From Acidobacteriota bacterium (lineage in GTDB: Bacteria; Acidobacteriota; UBA6911; RPQK01; JAJDTT01), in the NCBI GenBank assembly GCA_965217775.1, contig CBDCJH010000002.1, positions 5,344,001 through 5,408,000 on the forward strand: DNA of 64,000 nt. Reading direction: 5' to 3'. The position numbers were made by a program, and so were the translations under genes. Under the pieces are notes generated by a model. That model did no database searches. It was not told the DNA's origin and saw nothing but the letters and a program-made list of their open reading frames with translations. Numbering within the stretch: position 1 is the stretch's first letter; each line of letters begins with the position of its first letter. This document shows positions 1 through 9,961 of this stretch, in pieces.

Positions 1-1
1 G

Positions 2-1084
2 TGGCTAAGCGCCACGGACGATCTCAAGATGGATGTCATACGTATCTTGGTAAATCTGTTTGCGAGTGCGAAGAAGAAATCTCCAGCCGTGGAGCGACAG
101 ATCCTGGAAAGGATCAAGGAGCACGCGTTACTCGTCAGGTCCGGCTTCGATCGCAAGGGATTGGCGTTCGATCACGAGGACTTCAGGTTCTTCTATTTTG
201 GACAAGCGTTGGGACGAATGCTCTATGAGTGCGATTCCGGCACAGTACGGTCAACCATGGACAAGGGGGCATTACCGGCATCGGCGGTGACTGAAGCTGT
301 CAGTACCGTGCGACGTCATGGTGCAGACCTGCGCGAACTGCTGGGGATGCTGCAGCGGCTTGCCGATAATGAGCTACCGATGTCGTTCGTGAGGGAGAAC
401 TGTGGCGCCCTGGCGGTTGCCTTCGCTGACGGCAACGCTGACGGCGTGTACGAGGTGCAGAACATGAGCTTTCCTGACGGTGCGTTGCGGCAGCGTCGTT
501 TGAGGAATTTCACAATTTCCAGTTCGTATTTTCATGCAACCAGCCTCGCCGATGCGGCATTTTGCAACTGCGAGTTTCTGAACTGCGAGTTTGAGCGTCT
601 TGAGATAGACGGCTCGGAGGAAGTGTCGGAATCGTCTCTTGATGACGAATGTAAAATCTTCAGCGTTGTGCGTGTAGATGGCGAAGATCAGCACGCGCAA
701 TTCGATCCGCAGCAGATCCGACGCGAGCTACGTCAGGCAGGATTCGACATCGGCGGCGGTGCAACGATCGAGGTCGAACCTCCGACGGAAAGCCCTGATC
801 CTGACAGTGATTTGCGCTTGGTTCAGCGATTCCTGCGGGGTTTTCTCCGTGCCACAGCATTGAATGAATCAACAATACGCCGGCGACTCGGTGTGAATTC
901 AAATCACTTCTTCAATTCGTTGCTGCCGAAATTGCTACAGGCGGGTGTTGTAGCGAAAATACCGTACCATGGGCACGGTGATCAGAGGCGGATGAGACTG
1001 TCGGCACAGATGACCCGCATAGACGAGGCCATGAGCACCACTGGCGGGGACGTTGCCAGTTTTATTCAGGCGTTCGGGGAATAG
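2..1084 (+). CDS. C-terminal part (5'-truncated by window edge) of probable NACHT/STAND-type NTPase with pentapeptide-like repeats
   Basis: Frame is open from base 2. HALLVRS...LAFDHEDFRFFYFGQAL resembles the F-x-H-x-x-F-x-x-Y/F winged-helix motif that follows NACHT domains. It is followed by pentapeptide-like stretches (TSLADAAFCNCEFLNCEFERL). The P-loop itself is not in the window. Confidence 0.55.
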   Translation, partial: WLSATDDLKMDVIRILVNLFASAKKKSPAVERQILERIKEHALLVRSGFDRKGLAFDHEDFRFFYFGQALGRMLYECDSGTVRSTMDKGALPASAVTEAVSTVRRHGADLRELLGMLQRLADNELPMSFVRENCGALAVAFADGNADGVYEVQNMSFPDGALRQRRLRNFTISSSYFHATSLADAAFCNCEFLNCEFERLEIDGSEEVSESSLDDECKIFSVVRVDGEDQHAQFDPQQIRRELRQAGFDIGGGATIEVEPPTESPDPDSDLRLVQRFLRGFLRATALNESTIRRRLGVNSNHFFNSLLPKLLQAGVVAKIPYHGHGDQRRMRLSAQMTRIDEAMSTTGGDVASFIQAFGE

Positions 1085-1288
1085 CGTTCAGGCCGGGCTA
1101 TCGCAGTCTTCTCCATTCGGCGCGGGAGCTGAGTCAACAATCCCTATAGATTACGGTAAATTCGCCAAAGACCCGAAGAGGGTCGCAAGCGAGGGTCGAG
1201 GTGCAGTCCACCGCACTTCGCAGACTCGAGGGCCAGAATATCGCCGCTTCTCTCTGTCTTACAAGTTTCGGACAACCAAAAGACGGGA

Positions 1289-4200
1289 TCAGATGCCTGT
1301 CGACCGCTTCAGAGCGTGTCGGATCACCTGTTGTAGACAATCGGGCTCATTCAGAAAGTAGACCCCGTCCTTCTTCCAATCGCTTACGGAGCGCTGGCCA
1401 TCGCCGATTCGAGACGCGGGCGTGACCGACAGGATATAGGCTCGGAGTCGTAAGTTTGGGTCATCCTTGCACACGCGATTTTCGATCGCCGCGATGTCGT
1501 GGTGTAACCGGACCTTCTTGCGTTCCCGATCGCCGAACCGGGCCAATCCCTTGGGATCCACGAACAGTACATGCTGGCGATCGGCATCCTTCAGCCAGAC
1601 GATGAAGTCCGGGTAGTAACCGAAGTCGTCGAAGAAGGACACTCCCCGACCGCGCGTCAGATTACGGATCAGGAACAATTCCTTGCCTTGCAGGCATGAG
1701 TCACTGTTCTGCGCCAGCCTTTCCAACCTCTCGACGACCTGCTTTTCGTGCCTGTTCAAAGGGACAGGTTGAATCGCGAATGTCTGGTCCTTCCGAACAT
1801 GGAGCAGCGGTTGATAGGCATGAATCTTCGCCTGAAGGATCCCGACCTTCAGATCGTGGTACCAGTCTTTCAATGCGTCGTTTGGCCCATTTTGGACGTC
1901 ATAGCTCAACTGGTGGGCATCCTTGATCAATTGGTCTTTGGTCGCGTCCACGGTCAGCTCGTAGGTCGCGACGTTGTTCGGATCGTTCTCGTCGAGTGTG
2001 ACGACTTCGATGCGGTCATGCTCCCAGCGCTGGCGTTGTTTGCGCCAGAAACGGTCGGCGTACTCGGTCAACAGATCGACTGCGATGTCTTCCATCCGTC
2101 GGAGTTGTTGCATCCCCGTGACGTCCCGCCGTTTCGGCGGCAGATAGAGTTCGTACCAGCCTGTACTTTGCAGTAGACGTTCCACCGTTCGCCGTTCGAT
2201 GACCAGATTGCGCCAGCCTTTTTGCCGCTTACGCAACAGCAGACGATCGTACACTCGCGCTTGGTCGAAGAAGGCGGTATAGGGCTCGAGGCTGATCTTT
2301 TCCTTGTCTGTTTCCTCTGGGGCTGCCATGTTCCCGGACTCAACGGCCTGAAGCCGTGAGTACAGATCCAGCGTCACGATGGGATGTCCAGGAATCTCCG
2401 GGTCCGGCAGAATCGGGCGCTCGGTCGAAAATTCGTATTTTTGATCCTCGTTGAGCCGAATCAGCTTCAGATCCTTCCTTTTGGCGAAGTTCCAGGTGAC
2501 GGGCACGCGAATCGTTTCCTCTTCGGTGCACATCCCTCCCTTCTGCAATAAATCCCGAAAAGTTTGCATGTAGTTGGCGCGCAATCCGAAAATGTACAAC
2601 TTCTCCAATTCAGCCAACTCGTCGCTGTCCGGGGGCACCGAAACCCCGCTCATGCGATGCCGCTTGAGACTCATGTTCCAGCCCTTGAGACGCACGCCGC
2701 GACCGAACATCTGGACGATTTCAGGCCCTTCACGCACACCGACGTGCATCAGCCCCATGGTGCTCACACGCCAGGAGTTCCAGCCGGCAATGAAGCGGCG
2801 CGCTCCGATAACAACGTTCACCGTCGAATCCGCCCGGTCCACGGTCGCAAAGAGGCGTTCGGAAAAGCCCATCTCCCGGTCGACGTCAAAATCGGGATTA
2901 GGGTTCTGAGTGAGCAGCTTGTAAAGAGCGCCCGAATCCCCGACGTTGACCACACCGAAAGGGACGTGGTCACCACTGCGCAGGTGAAGTTCCCCTTCAC
3001 CTGCAGTCAGATAGACTACGTGCATCCTTCCCGAGCCGTGAAACAGGATCTCGCAGAGGTCGGCGTAGACTTGTTTTCCGTCCTTTGGCAGGTGGGGAAA
3101 TCGGCCTGCGAAATAATTGTTGCCGGCATGGTCGAGCAATCCCGACTGTCCCGTCAGCAGAGCCTCGATCATGGACTGCACGTTTTCTGCACAGCCCAGA
3201 ACCCACCCGAGAAAGTTCAGGATGCGGACGATGTCGGATTTGGTTGTCCTGGCTGCTTTGCTCGATCCCGTCACCGTCTTGCCCAAGAAAACCCAGAGCG
3301 GCTTGGTCACGTTGAACGCATTCCAGAGCGCGCCCTTGTTCCGCCAGATGCGGCACTGCTGGTAGAAGGTCAGCAGGCAGCCCAACAGGTACATGTTACT
3401 GTTCTCATCCTGCATGCCTCCCGGAAGATTCAGGATGGCGTAGTCCTTGCCGTAACCGTCCATATGGAACTGGCGGTAGGAGTAGTCGAAGAGCAGGCAC
3501 TTCCCGTAGGCGTTCAACAGGTTCTTGTCATTGTATTTACCCACTACCTGATTGAACGTGGCGGAATACTCGAAGGTAAAGCCGCCGCGGGCGAGTTCGC
3601 TGCGACGCTTTCGCCAGACCTTGCCCGAAGCGCCCAGGTGTCCCTCGTCGACCAACACCAGGTTGTCGTCGCCAAAATCCGCCACGGCGACCCGCTTCAC
3701 ACCCTTTTTCTCAGCCAGCTTGTTCAGGTCGATGATCTCGACAGGGGTGAACAAATTTGATTCTGCCTTGCTCGAAAAACGTCGTGCTTGAAAGCCACTT
3801 AGCCGCAAATCGCGTTCGTGCTGTGCCGACATTTGCTCGTTCGGCGTCAGCAAAACGACGTTGTTCAGCTTTCCACCGGCGCGGTCCAAATAGTGCCGGT
3901 ACTGTAATATGTGAGCATGCATGAGGAGGGTCTTACCGGACCCCGTAGCGCTCTGAAATGCCAACGTTCGCAAATCATCCGGCTCGTAGTCCGGAACGGA
4001 GTGGATCAACGGACCTTCATATTTGGTGCGGTTCAGGTCAGACCGTAGTTGTTCTGGATCGTCGAAGTACCGGTACAGATAATGCTCGGTGAATAGAAGG
4101 GCTAAGTATTGGTGAGGTTTCCAGGTTCGGCCATGTTCCCCCGTCATGCGCAACTGGTAGCTAAGACTTACGATATTCGCATCGTATTCTGAAAGCTGGA

Positions 4201-4378
4201 TATAGGCAATTGCGGCCCGTTCGGGATTCACGTAAAGTGCCCGAAAGTACTCACTTTCACCCCCGTATAGTTGTCCGGGGACATCGCGTAAACGTTCAAG
4301 CATCGTGCCCATGTCGTCGTAGCCAAACTCCTGGCATACGAAATCATGAAGCAGGAGCCGTTTCTGCAATGTGGTCAC
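1289..4378 (-). CDS. res: Type III restriction-modification system restriction (Res) subunit, SF2 helicase plus PD-(D/E)xK nuclease
   Basis: Walker A ATGSGKT, Walker B VDEGH, FEYSATF, GWNSWRVSTMGL, QMFGRGVRL, C-terminal YPDFIVW...FVDPKG; GGAG RBS before GTG. Confidence 0.92.
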   Translation of the reverse strand: MTTLQKRLLLHDFVCQEFGYDDMGTMLERLRDVPGQLYGGESEYFRALYVNPERAAIAYIQLSEYDANIVSLSYQLRMTGEHGRTWKPHQYLALLFTEHYLYRYFDDPEQLRSDLNRTKYEGPLIHSVPDYEPDDLRTLAFQSATGSGKTLLMHAHILQYRHYLDRAGGKLNNVVLLTPNEQMSAQHERDLRLSGFQARRFSSKAESNLFTPVEIIDLNKLAEKKGVKRVAVADFGDDNLVLVDEGHLGASGKVWRKRRSELARGGFTFEYSATFNQVVGKYNDKNLLNAYGKCLLFDYSYRQFHMDGYGKDYAILNLPGGMQDENSNMYLLGCLLTFYQQCRIWRNKGALWNAFNVTKPLWVFLGKTVTGSSKAARTTKSDIVRILNFLGWVLGCAENVQSMIEALLTGQSGLLDHAGNNYFAGRFPHLPKDGKQVYADLCEILFHGSGRMHVVYLTAGEGELHLRSGDHVPFGVVNVGDSGALYKLLTQNPNPDFDVDREMGFSERLFATVDRADSTVNVVIGARRFIAGWNSWRVSTMGLMHVGVREGPEIVQMFGRGVRLKGWNMSLKRHRMSGVSVPPDSDELAELEKLYIFGLRANYMQTFRDLLQKGGMCTEEETIRVPVTWNFAKRKDLKLIRLNEDQKYEFSTERPILPDPEIPGHPIVTLDLYSRLQAVESGNMAAPEETDKEKISLEPYTAFFDQARVYDRLLLRKRQKGWRNLVIERRTVERLLQSTGWYELYLPPKRRDVTGMQQLRRMEDIAVDLLTEYADRFWRKQRQRWEHDRIEVVTLDENDPNNVATYELTVDATKDQLIKDAHQLSYDVQNGPNDALKDWYHDLKVGILQAKIHAYQPLLHVRKDQTFAIQPVPLNRHEKQVVERLERLAQNSDSCLQGKELFLIRNLTRGRGVSFFDDFGYYPDFIVWLKDADRQHVLFVDPKGLARFGDRERKKVRLHHDIAAIENRVCKDDPNLRLRAYILSVTPASRIGDGQRSVSDWKKDGVYFLNEPDCLQQVIRHALKRSTGI

Positions 4379-4392
4379 GGTACAAACTCCAT

Positions 4393-5289
4393 CTATAGAG
4401 ATGGGGCTGCCTTCTGATTCAAGCTTACAAGATATGCTGCAAAAGATGCACAGGCCCCGAACATGAATACAGCCTCCTCAAGACCAACGTTGGGAGAATC
4501 CTGATCCAACAACGCATGTCGGATTCCCTGCTCGTCACTTGTGTAACCGTATAATTTCTTAAATCCTTGTTTCAGGCCCGGATGATCAAGCAGTCCCTCC
4601 CTCTCCAGAGAATCAAGCGCGGCGCCGAGAGTCTTGTTAGCCCTTGGATCAATCATGCAGGCAACTGACTCCACGGCGTGAATACTGTCCCTAACCGCAT
4701 TGGAATATTGTCCAGAATTGATATTTACTGTTGCGTTGCGCAGATGAGTCGACGCGCCGTCCATGCCTCCTCTATGAATCGTTTCTGTGGCCTGCTTCAC
4801 CGCCTCACCTTGTTCCTCACTACTACGTGGGAAAAATCTAAAAGGATCCCGTGTTGTATCTAGCCTGTAAGCAGCGGAATAGCTATCAAACAATGAATTG
4901 ATCGTGTGTGCGTATTCCACTTTGCCGAGCGTATCGTTCGTTATGATTTCAATAAGATCAAGGACCATATTAAATTTATGTCTGATGATAATATCCTTTA
5001 GATCATTCAATATTATGCGATATTTCAAAGTATCAATTTCGTCTTCAGGTTTTCTCAACAGATTCCCAAGGATGCGTTCAGCGAATTGGCGCCCCTCCGG
5101 TCTGAAATACTGACGGCCACTGTGAATGTTGGTTCTACTTATTGATAATAATTTTCGGGTTTTGTTCCATAGTTCCCGTCTTAGATCATTTGACACCTCT
5201 TCCAATCGCATCGGTTCTGGTAAACGTGCGTAACCATGGCGTTGCGAAAATGTGAGATTGTTAAACGAGTCGTCTCGATTATCGGTCAC
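4393..5289 (-). CDS. AbiJ-NTD4-like / HEPN-type abortive-infection family protein
   Basis: N-terminal FSQRHGY..P..M..E...DLR..LWN and C-terminal LYGYTSDEQGIRHA are typical of AbiJ-NTD4-containing proteins. GTG at 5289 follows a GGAGAG RBS (ORF track start 5304). AT-rich relative to flanks. Confidence 0.72.
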   Translation of the reverse strand: MTDNRDDSFNNLTFSQRHGYARLPEPMRLEEVSNDLRRELWNKTRKLLSISRTNIHSGRQYFRPEGRQFAERILGNLLRKPEDEIDTLKYRIILNDLKDIIIRHKFNMVLDLIEIITNDTLGKVEYAHTINSLFDSYSAAYRLDTTRDPFRFFPRSSEEQGEAVKQATETIHRGGMDGASTHLRNATVNINSGQYSNAVRDSIHAVESVACMIDPRANKTLGAALDSLEREGLLDHPGLKQGFKKLYGYTSDEQGIRHALLDQDSPNVGLEEAVFMFGACASFAAYLVSLNQKAAPSL

Positions 5290-8200
5290 GTTCAGTCTCT
5301 CCAAACATCAATTCTCGGAAGATCGGTTCGATGGATTTGGCTATCCAGCTTTCGCCCGGTCGCTGTAACGCATTCAAGGTGTGATCGCCGTTCACGTAAA
5401 TGATGTTCAGTTGGCCGGCAAACTGGTCGCGGTGACGCTTAAACCAGTCATCCAACGCAAAGCAGTCCGTGTCATCCGTATTACGCCATAGGATCAGGCA
5501 TCTGCGGCCCTTTGTGTCTGTACCCGTGGCGGCGAGTACACCGTCGATCCGTCGTCGGGACTCGACACGTAGGCCGATCAGAAAGTTGAATGTCTCGGGA
5601 AGGTCCACCGGGACTTCGCTACGGAGACCATGGCGCACGATAGAGATGGTGTAAGCGAAGGGGTCTGAGAAGTCCTTACCGAGGAGACAGGCGCTGCCAG
5701 ATGCTTCCAACCCGAGCATGTAGCGTAGGCGATAGTCCTCAGCGAACTCCGGATTCGCCGCCAGCAACTCCCTATTTCCGTTCGACGGCGGCATTACTTC
5801 GAGGCAGTCAAGCGTATCTTCATAGGATTCGAGACGGATGTACTTGAACAATTGTGTGATGCCCTTGCGTGAGACTGGTTTCCCGTCTTTCCAATCGGAC
5901 GAGTAGACAATCTTCTTTATGCGCGGCAGCATCACCGTGTCGAAGTGACGACCCATCTCAACGAGAACGTACTTACGCTTTCCGCCATCGATCCGGTTGA
6001 GATTGATGACTGCATGTCCGGTAGTCCCGGAACCGGCGAAGAAGTCGACAATTTGGGTGTCACGTCCTCCGCCTCCCGAAGCGCGAATGCAATCCTCTAC
6101 CAATGCGACTGATTTCGGGAAGTCAAGAGGATTATCCACGAACAGGTTCTTGAGAACCTTGGCTCCATGGTTGGAGGATGCATATTTACTGTCGCCCCAC
6201 CATGTCTTTGGAGCGGAAGAAACATCCATACGCTGAATAAAGTGAATGCTAATGTTCTGCTTTCCTGAGGATAAGGATAAGACATCCCTTTTTACACGAT
6301 ACTCGCCAGTCTGTACCTCGCGAGATACCCGTTTCCAACCTCGCTCCCAATTCTTTTCGATTCTTTGACCATTCTGTTCCTTAACGGGCCAGACGACAGT
6401 CTCATTTTCCGCGAGGCTCTCAAGAATTTGATATTCGGTCTTTTGTTCGTCCCATATCATGTCGGGGATCCGCAAAACATCGTCGTCACCGACTAAAATC
6501 GGGTAGTATAATTTCGGACGATCAGCACGCCTATCATTGGTTCCCGTTCTGAGAAGATTGCGCCACGCATATCGTCCTATTTCGTCCCGATGTGGGTATC
6601 GTTGTTTTTCTTTTTCTGTTTTAATCAACGGTCCGGGGTAGGCATCCTGTCGTCCATAAAACAAGGCGTACTCATGGGTCGGCGACAATTTGCCGCGAGA
6701 AGTTCGGCCAATTGGGGTCGAACGAACGGAAGCAATCCCTATTTCCTTATCAAAAAGACTCTGTAGGAGTGCACGCAGCCGCCATACTTCTTCATCGTCA
6801 ATCGCACAACAGAGAATGCCGTTACGTGACAAGAGATTCTTGGCGAGCGAAAGGCGGTTTTCCATCAATGACAGCCAAGAAGAGTCCTTATAGTCGTTCT
6901 TGTATAGAATTGCGGAAGAGTCGGTGTTGTACGGTGGGTCAATATAGATGCACTTCACCCGGTCATCGTACTGCCTTTGCAACAATTGCAGTGCTTGGAA
7001 GTTCTCCCCATGAACCAGCAAGCCGTCCAGGCCCTCCTCGAGAGATCCGGCATCAGACAGGGTCGCCAGAAGCCGCTCGGTGAAGTAGTGGTCAAAATGG
7101 CGCGTGTCTAGTACCAAATAGGGGTTGGCTCTGAGAAAATCCAAGCTCGGCGGGTTTTCCCATACGAGGCCAGCATTCGTCAGATCGGCCTGGATCTCGT
7201 CGACAGCAAACAGTTTAACCCACTCGTCGCATTGTGCTGCGTTACTAGCGACCTCGGCGTACAACTCCTCAGGCACGCGGTCCAAGGTAATGCACCAATG
7301 GGTTTCGAGAACGAACTTCTTTTTGAGCCAGAGCTGCTTCTGAAAATCCTCCAATTGGCCCAGGAAGTCGATGATTTTCCCACCAACGTGGCGAATCGCT
7401 CGCACGCGGGCCAGTGCGCGGTCCAAGCGGGTGGCATCGTCGTGCTGCAGATCATCCAGGTTCAGGATCTCGGTATTCAGGTACAGGTCCAACTCGCGAT
7501 GGAGGAATCCGCTCAGATCCTTGTGAATGAAGTAGTCGAATCTGTTCTTGGAGGTATAGCGCTCGACGTGTTTGGCGAGCACTGTGCGTTCGTTGTTGGC
7601 ATCCGTCGGAGCCGGCGTGGACAGTAGTGTTCGCCAATCCACGTCCGTAGCATCGAGGATTGTAATGACCGACGAATTGTTGATTTTGCTCTGTTGTGTT
7701 CCGATGTTGCCTGGCCATTTCTTTTTCTCGCCCTCCGTCAGCGAACGGTGCTCAAAGCGGACGACCAGTTCGCCGTCGGCGACGGTAACGGCGCCGCTCC
7801 CGCTGGCGAGGACGAATCGGAGCTGCCGGTCGGCGACTTCCTCGATGGTGTCCTTCTCGTTGTCCGCCGCTGCGATCTCGAAACGGACGCGCCTCTCAGT
7901 TGCGCCGGATCCGACCAAAAAGGCGTAGGCAGAGTAATTCTCCGTCGTTTTGACGTAGTACTGGTCGGAATTGGCCCAGTGCAGCTTCACCTCCTCGCCG
8001 TCGTAAGGAATCAGATAGGCTGATTGGCCGCCGCTTGAGTAGCGGCGTTGTGAGATGAAGTCGCCCTCGCTGTAATAGCGGGCGAAGAAGTTGGCGAGAT
8101 GATTGTAGACGTCGGTCTCAGCATCCGCGTCCTTCTTCATCTCGGCGAGCCGCCGATTCAAATTGATGATATCGGTCGACGGATTTTCGTCCGGGTCGTA

Positions 8201-8497
8201 CCCGGCACCTCTCGCCCGTCGGCGAGCGACCTTCAATTCGTTTTCCAATTCAGAACGCTTAATGTGGCTGGTGAGTTGCAATGCTTTATTCACCTGCGGC
8301 AGGAGGTCATCTTCGAGAAACGCCGTGATCTCGGAGGCCTTCAGGTTCATGATCCGGTAGAGGCCGAAGTCCAAATCTCCCCGGTCGAGTTGGAACATGT
8401 CTCGCAGAATGCGCTTCAACCGTGCGAATTTCTCGTTGGACTGCGTAGACAACTGTCGCGCCTCCGGCCCTATCCGTGATCTCAGACGATCGATCAT
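5279..8497 (-). CDS. mod: Type III restriction-modification system methyltransferase (Mod) subunit, amino (N6-adenine-type) MTase
   Basis: YIDPPYN catalytic motif precedes DFFAGSGTTG SAM motif (beta class); N-terminal FQLDRGDLDFGLYRIMN; C-terminal RLESYEDTL and VDLPETFNFLIG. ATG at 8497 overlaps the higA stop (ATGA); alternative start 8512. Confidence 0.93.
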   Translation of the reverse strand: MIDRLRSRIGPEARQLSTQSNEKFARLKRILRDMFQLDRGDLDFGLYRIMNLKASEITAFLEDDLLPQVNKALQLTSHIKRSELENELKVARRRARGAGYDPDENPSTDIINLNRRLAEMKKDADAETDVYNHLANFFARYYSEGDFISQRRYSSGGQSAYLIPYDGEEVKLHWANSDQYYVKTTENYSAYAFLVGSGATERRVRFEIAAADNEKDTIEEVADRQLRFVLASGSGAVTVADGELVVRFEHRSLTEGEKKKWPGNIGTQQSKINNSSVITILDATDVDWRTLLSTPAPTDANNERTVLAKHVERYTSKNRFDYFIHKDLSGFLHRELDLYLNTEILNLDDLQHDDATRLDRALARVRAIRHVGGKIIDFLGQLEDFQKQLWLKKKFVLETHWCITLDRVPEELYAEVASNAAQCDEWVKLFAVDEIQADLTNAGLVWENPPSLDFLRANPYLVLDTRHFDHYFTERLLATLSDAGSLEEGLDGLLVHGENFQALQLLQRQYDDRVKCIYIDPPYNTDSSAILYKNDYKDSSWLSLMENRLSLAKNLLSRNGILCCAIDDEEVWRLRALLQSLFDKEIGIASVRSTPIGRTSRGKLSPTHEYALFYGRQDAYPGPLIKTEKEKQRYPHRDEIGRYAWRNLLRTGTNDRRADRPKLYYPILVGDDDVLRIPDMIWDEQKTEYQILESLAENETVVWPVKEQNGQRIEKNWERGWKRVSREVQTGEYRVKRDVLSLSSGKQNISIHFIQRMDVSSAPKTWWGDSKYASSNHGAKVLKNLFVDNPLDFPKSVALVEDCIRASGGGGRDTQIVDFFAGSGTTGHAVINLNRIDGGKRKYVLVEMGRHFDTVMLPRIKKIVYSSDWKDGKPVSRKGITQLFKYIRLESYEDTLDCLEVMPPSNGNRELLAANPEFAEDYRLRYMLGLEASGSACLLGKDFSDPFAYTISIVRHGLRSEVPVDLPETFNFLIGLRVESRRRIDGVLAATGTDTKGRRCLILWRNTDDTDCFALDDWFKRHRDQFAGQLNIIYVNGDHTLNALQRPGESWIAKSIEPIFRELMFGETERDR

Positions 8498-9594
8498 GGT
8501 CTCGTCTTCCATTCCAGTCGTATTTTCAATCTGTTCAACCGAGTCCTCCAGGGCAGTAGGTGTTCATGCTGGAGCCTGCCGACGACGATACCCGGGGCAA
8601 TCCCTTGCTCGTCGGCGAACCGTCTAACCGCCACTACGGTACGAGGAGAGGTCGCGGCGAACCGATTCCAGTCGCTCCGCGATATCAGAAAAACCGCCGC
8701 CCATTGGTTGGCTTCGTTTTCTTGATCGGCCATCTTCTCATCCGGTTTCGCCCAGTCGATGAAGATGTCCTTTTTGCTATGCAGGAGGATGTGGGCCGCC
8801 TCATGGAAGAGGCTGAACCAGAGTTGATCGTCGGTCTTATGACGGGCGCTCAGTTCAATGACTGCTTTCCGCGGAGTTAGCCACCAAGCGGCGCCGCTCA
8901 GGGCAGTTTTCGGAAAGGGCTTGATCGGCGCCAAGGCGACACCGGCGTCGTTACAGAGCCCTTGGGCCATTTGAAGAGCACGTGTGAACGGAGCTTGAGT
9001 TAGTCCGCGAATCTCCCCTAACGCCCGTCTGAATTGAGCTGCGTTGTAGTGAGGGCACTCCTGCCGTTCCGCTTCAAGCTCTCCAAGTCGGAGCCAAGTT
9101 GTCAGCGCTGATTGGTTGCTCTCAAAACTGGGCGAATGTCGATACGCGACACGCATTCGCTGGTACTTCGTGAGCCAAGCCTCGATCGAGGCGACTCCAA
9201 AGAACGCGAGTAGCTTCGAAACAGCATCGGAGTCAGACACAGGTTTCCCCATTAGACCTCTCCCTACGAGTTCCTTGATGGGGAATCTCTTGGCCCAGAA
9301 AGCGGCTTTTTCCGCTTCCTGGGCCTCGCATAAGCGCGCCTGATGGAGCCGGTAATCGGCTTCAATGCCGAGCCAAATTCCGGCGTCGACTCCAAGAACT
9401 TTCTCGAATTGCAGGGCAGTTTCGGGTTCGACCGGCGCTTTCCCCGAGATGATTTCGCTGATCAGCTTGGCGGAACGACCGCACCTCCGGGCGAATTCTG
9501 CATGTGAGATCCCCTGCGCGTCGAGGCGTTCCTCCAGCACCCAGCCCGGCGGAACGGCATAATCCGGTCGATATTGAAGGGCCTCCATCGCCAT
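8494..9594 (-). CDS. higA: HigA-family XRE-HTH antitoxin fused to ImmA/IrrE (M78/DUF955) metallopeptidase
   Basis: PDYAVPPGWVLEE..., ISEIISGKAPVEPETALQFEKVLG (HigA HTH); WFSLFHEAAHILLH HExxH motif and ENEANQWA. Confidence 0.88.
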   Translation of the reverse strand: MAMEALQYRPDYAVPPGWVLEERLDAQGISHAEFARRCGRSAKLISEIISGKAPVEPETALQFEKVLGVDAGIWLGIEADYRLHQARLCEAQEAEKAAFWAKRFPIKELVGRGLMGKPVSDSDAVSKLLAFFGVASIEAWLTKYQRMRVAYRHSPSFESNQSALTTWLRLGELEAERQECPHYNAAQFRRALGEIRGLTQAPFTRALQMAQGLCNDAGVALAPIKPFPKTALSGAAWWLTPRKAVIELSARHKTDDQLWFSLFHEAAHILLHSKKDIFIDWAKPDEKMADQENEANQWAAVFLISRSDWNRFAATSPRTVVAVRRFADEQGIAPGIVVGRLQHEHLLPWRTRLNRLKIRLEWKTRP

Positions 9595-9608
9595 GTCTTT
9601 ACCCTCCT

Positions 9609-9944
9609 TCAGTGGTAGTCGACCACATCGATGACGGTGATCGCGGTCACGCTGTCGGTGTCAACGCCACCGTCTTCTCTGAGCGGGATCGGTTCATGAT
9701 TCGGTTTGAAGACCAGCCGGTAAGGATGCTTCAGATCGACGGCGTACTGCTTGCTCCGCTTCCCTTTGAGTTGGTGGCATCGCTCGGGCCGCGTCGTCGG
9801 GACTTGCGATAACGTGCGGGCGTTCTTGAGCACTCCAAAACGACTCACGATCGCCTTCGCCATGCGGTCACCGTATGCCTTCTGCAATGTGTTGGCAGCG
9901 TTGAACATCCTAGCGAGCTTTCGGATCCTGAAGGTAATGTCCAC
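9609..9944 (-). CDS. higB: HigB/RelE-family toxin (killer protein)
   Basis: RCHQLKGKRSKQYAVDLKHPYRLVFKP and terminal IDVVDYH are typical of HigB; lies upstream of higA. Confidence 0.85.
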   Translation of the reverse strand: MDITFRIRKLARMFNAANTLQKAYGDRMAKAIVSRFGVLKNARTLSQVPTTRPERCHQLKGKRSKQYAVDLKHPYRLVFKPNHEPIPLREDGGVDTDSVTAITVIDVVDYH

Positions 9945-9961
9945 TATAGTATCTGATATTC

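Noticed and set aside
5279-8512. Phase-variable mod (phasevarion)
   Set aside because: No simple sequence repeat tract seen in the gene or upstream
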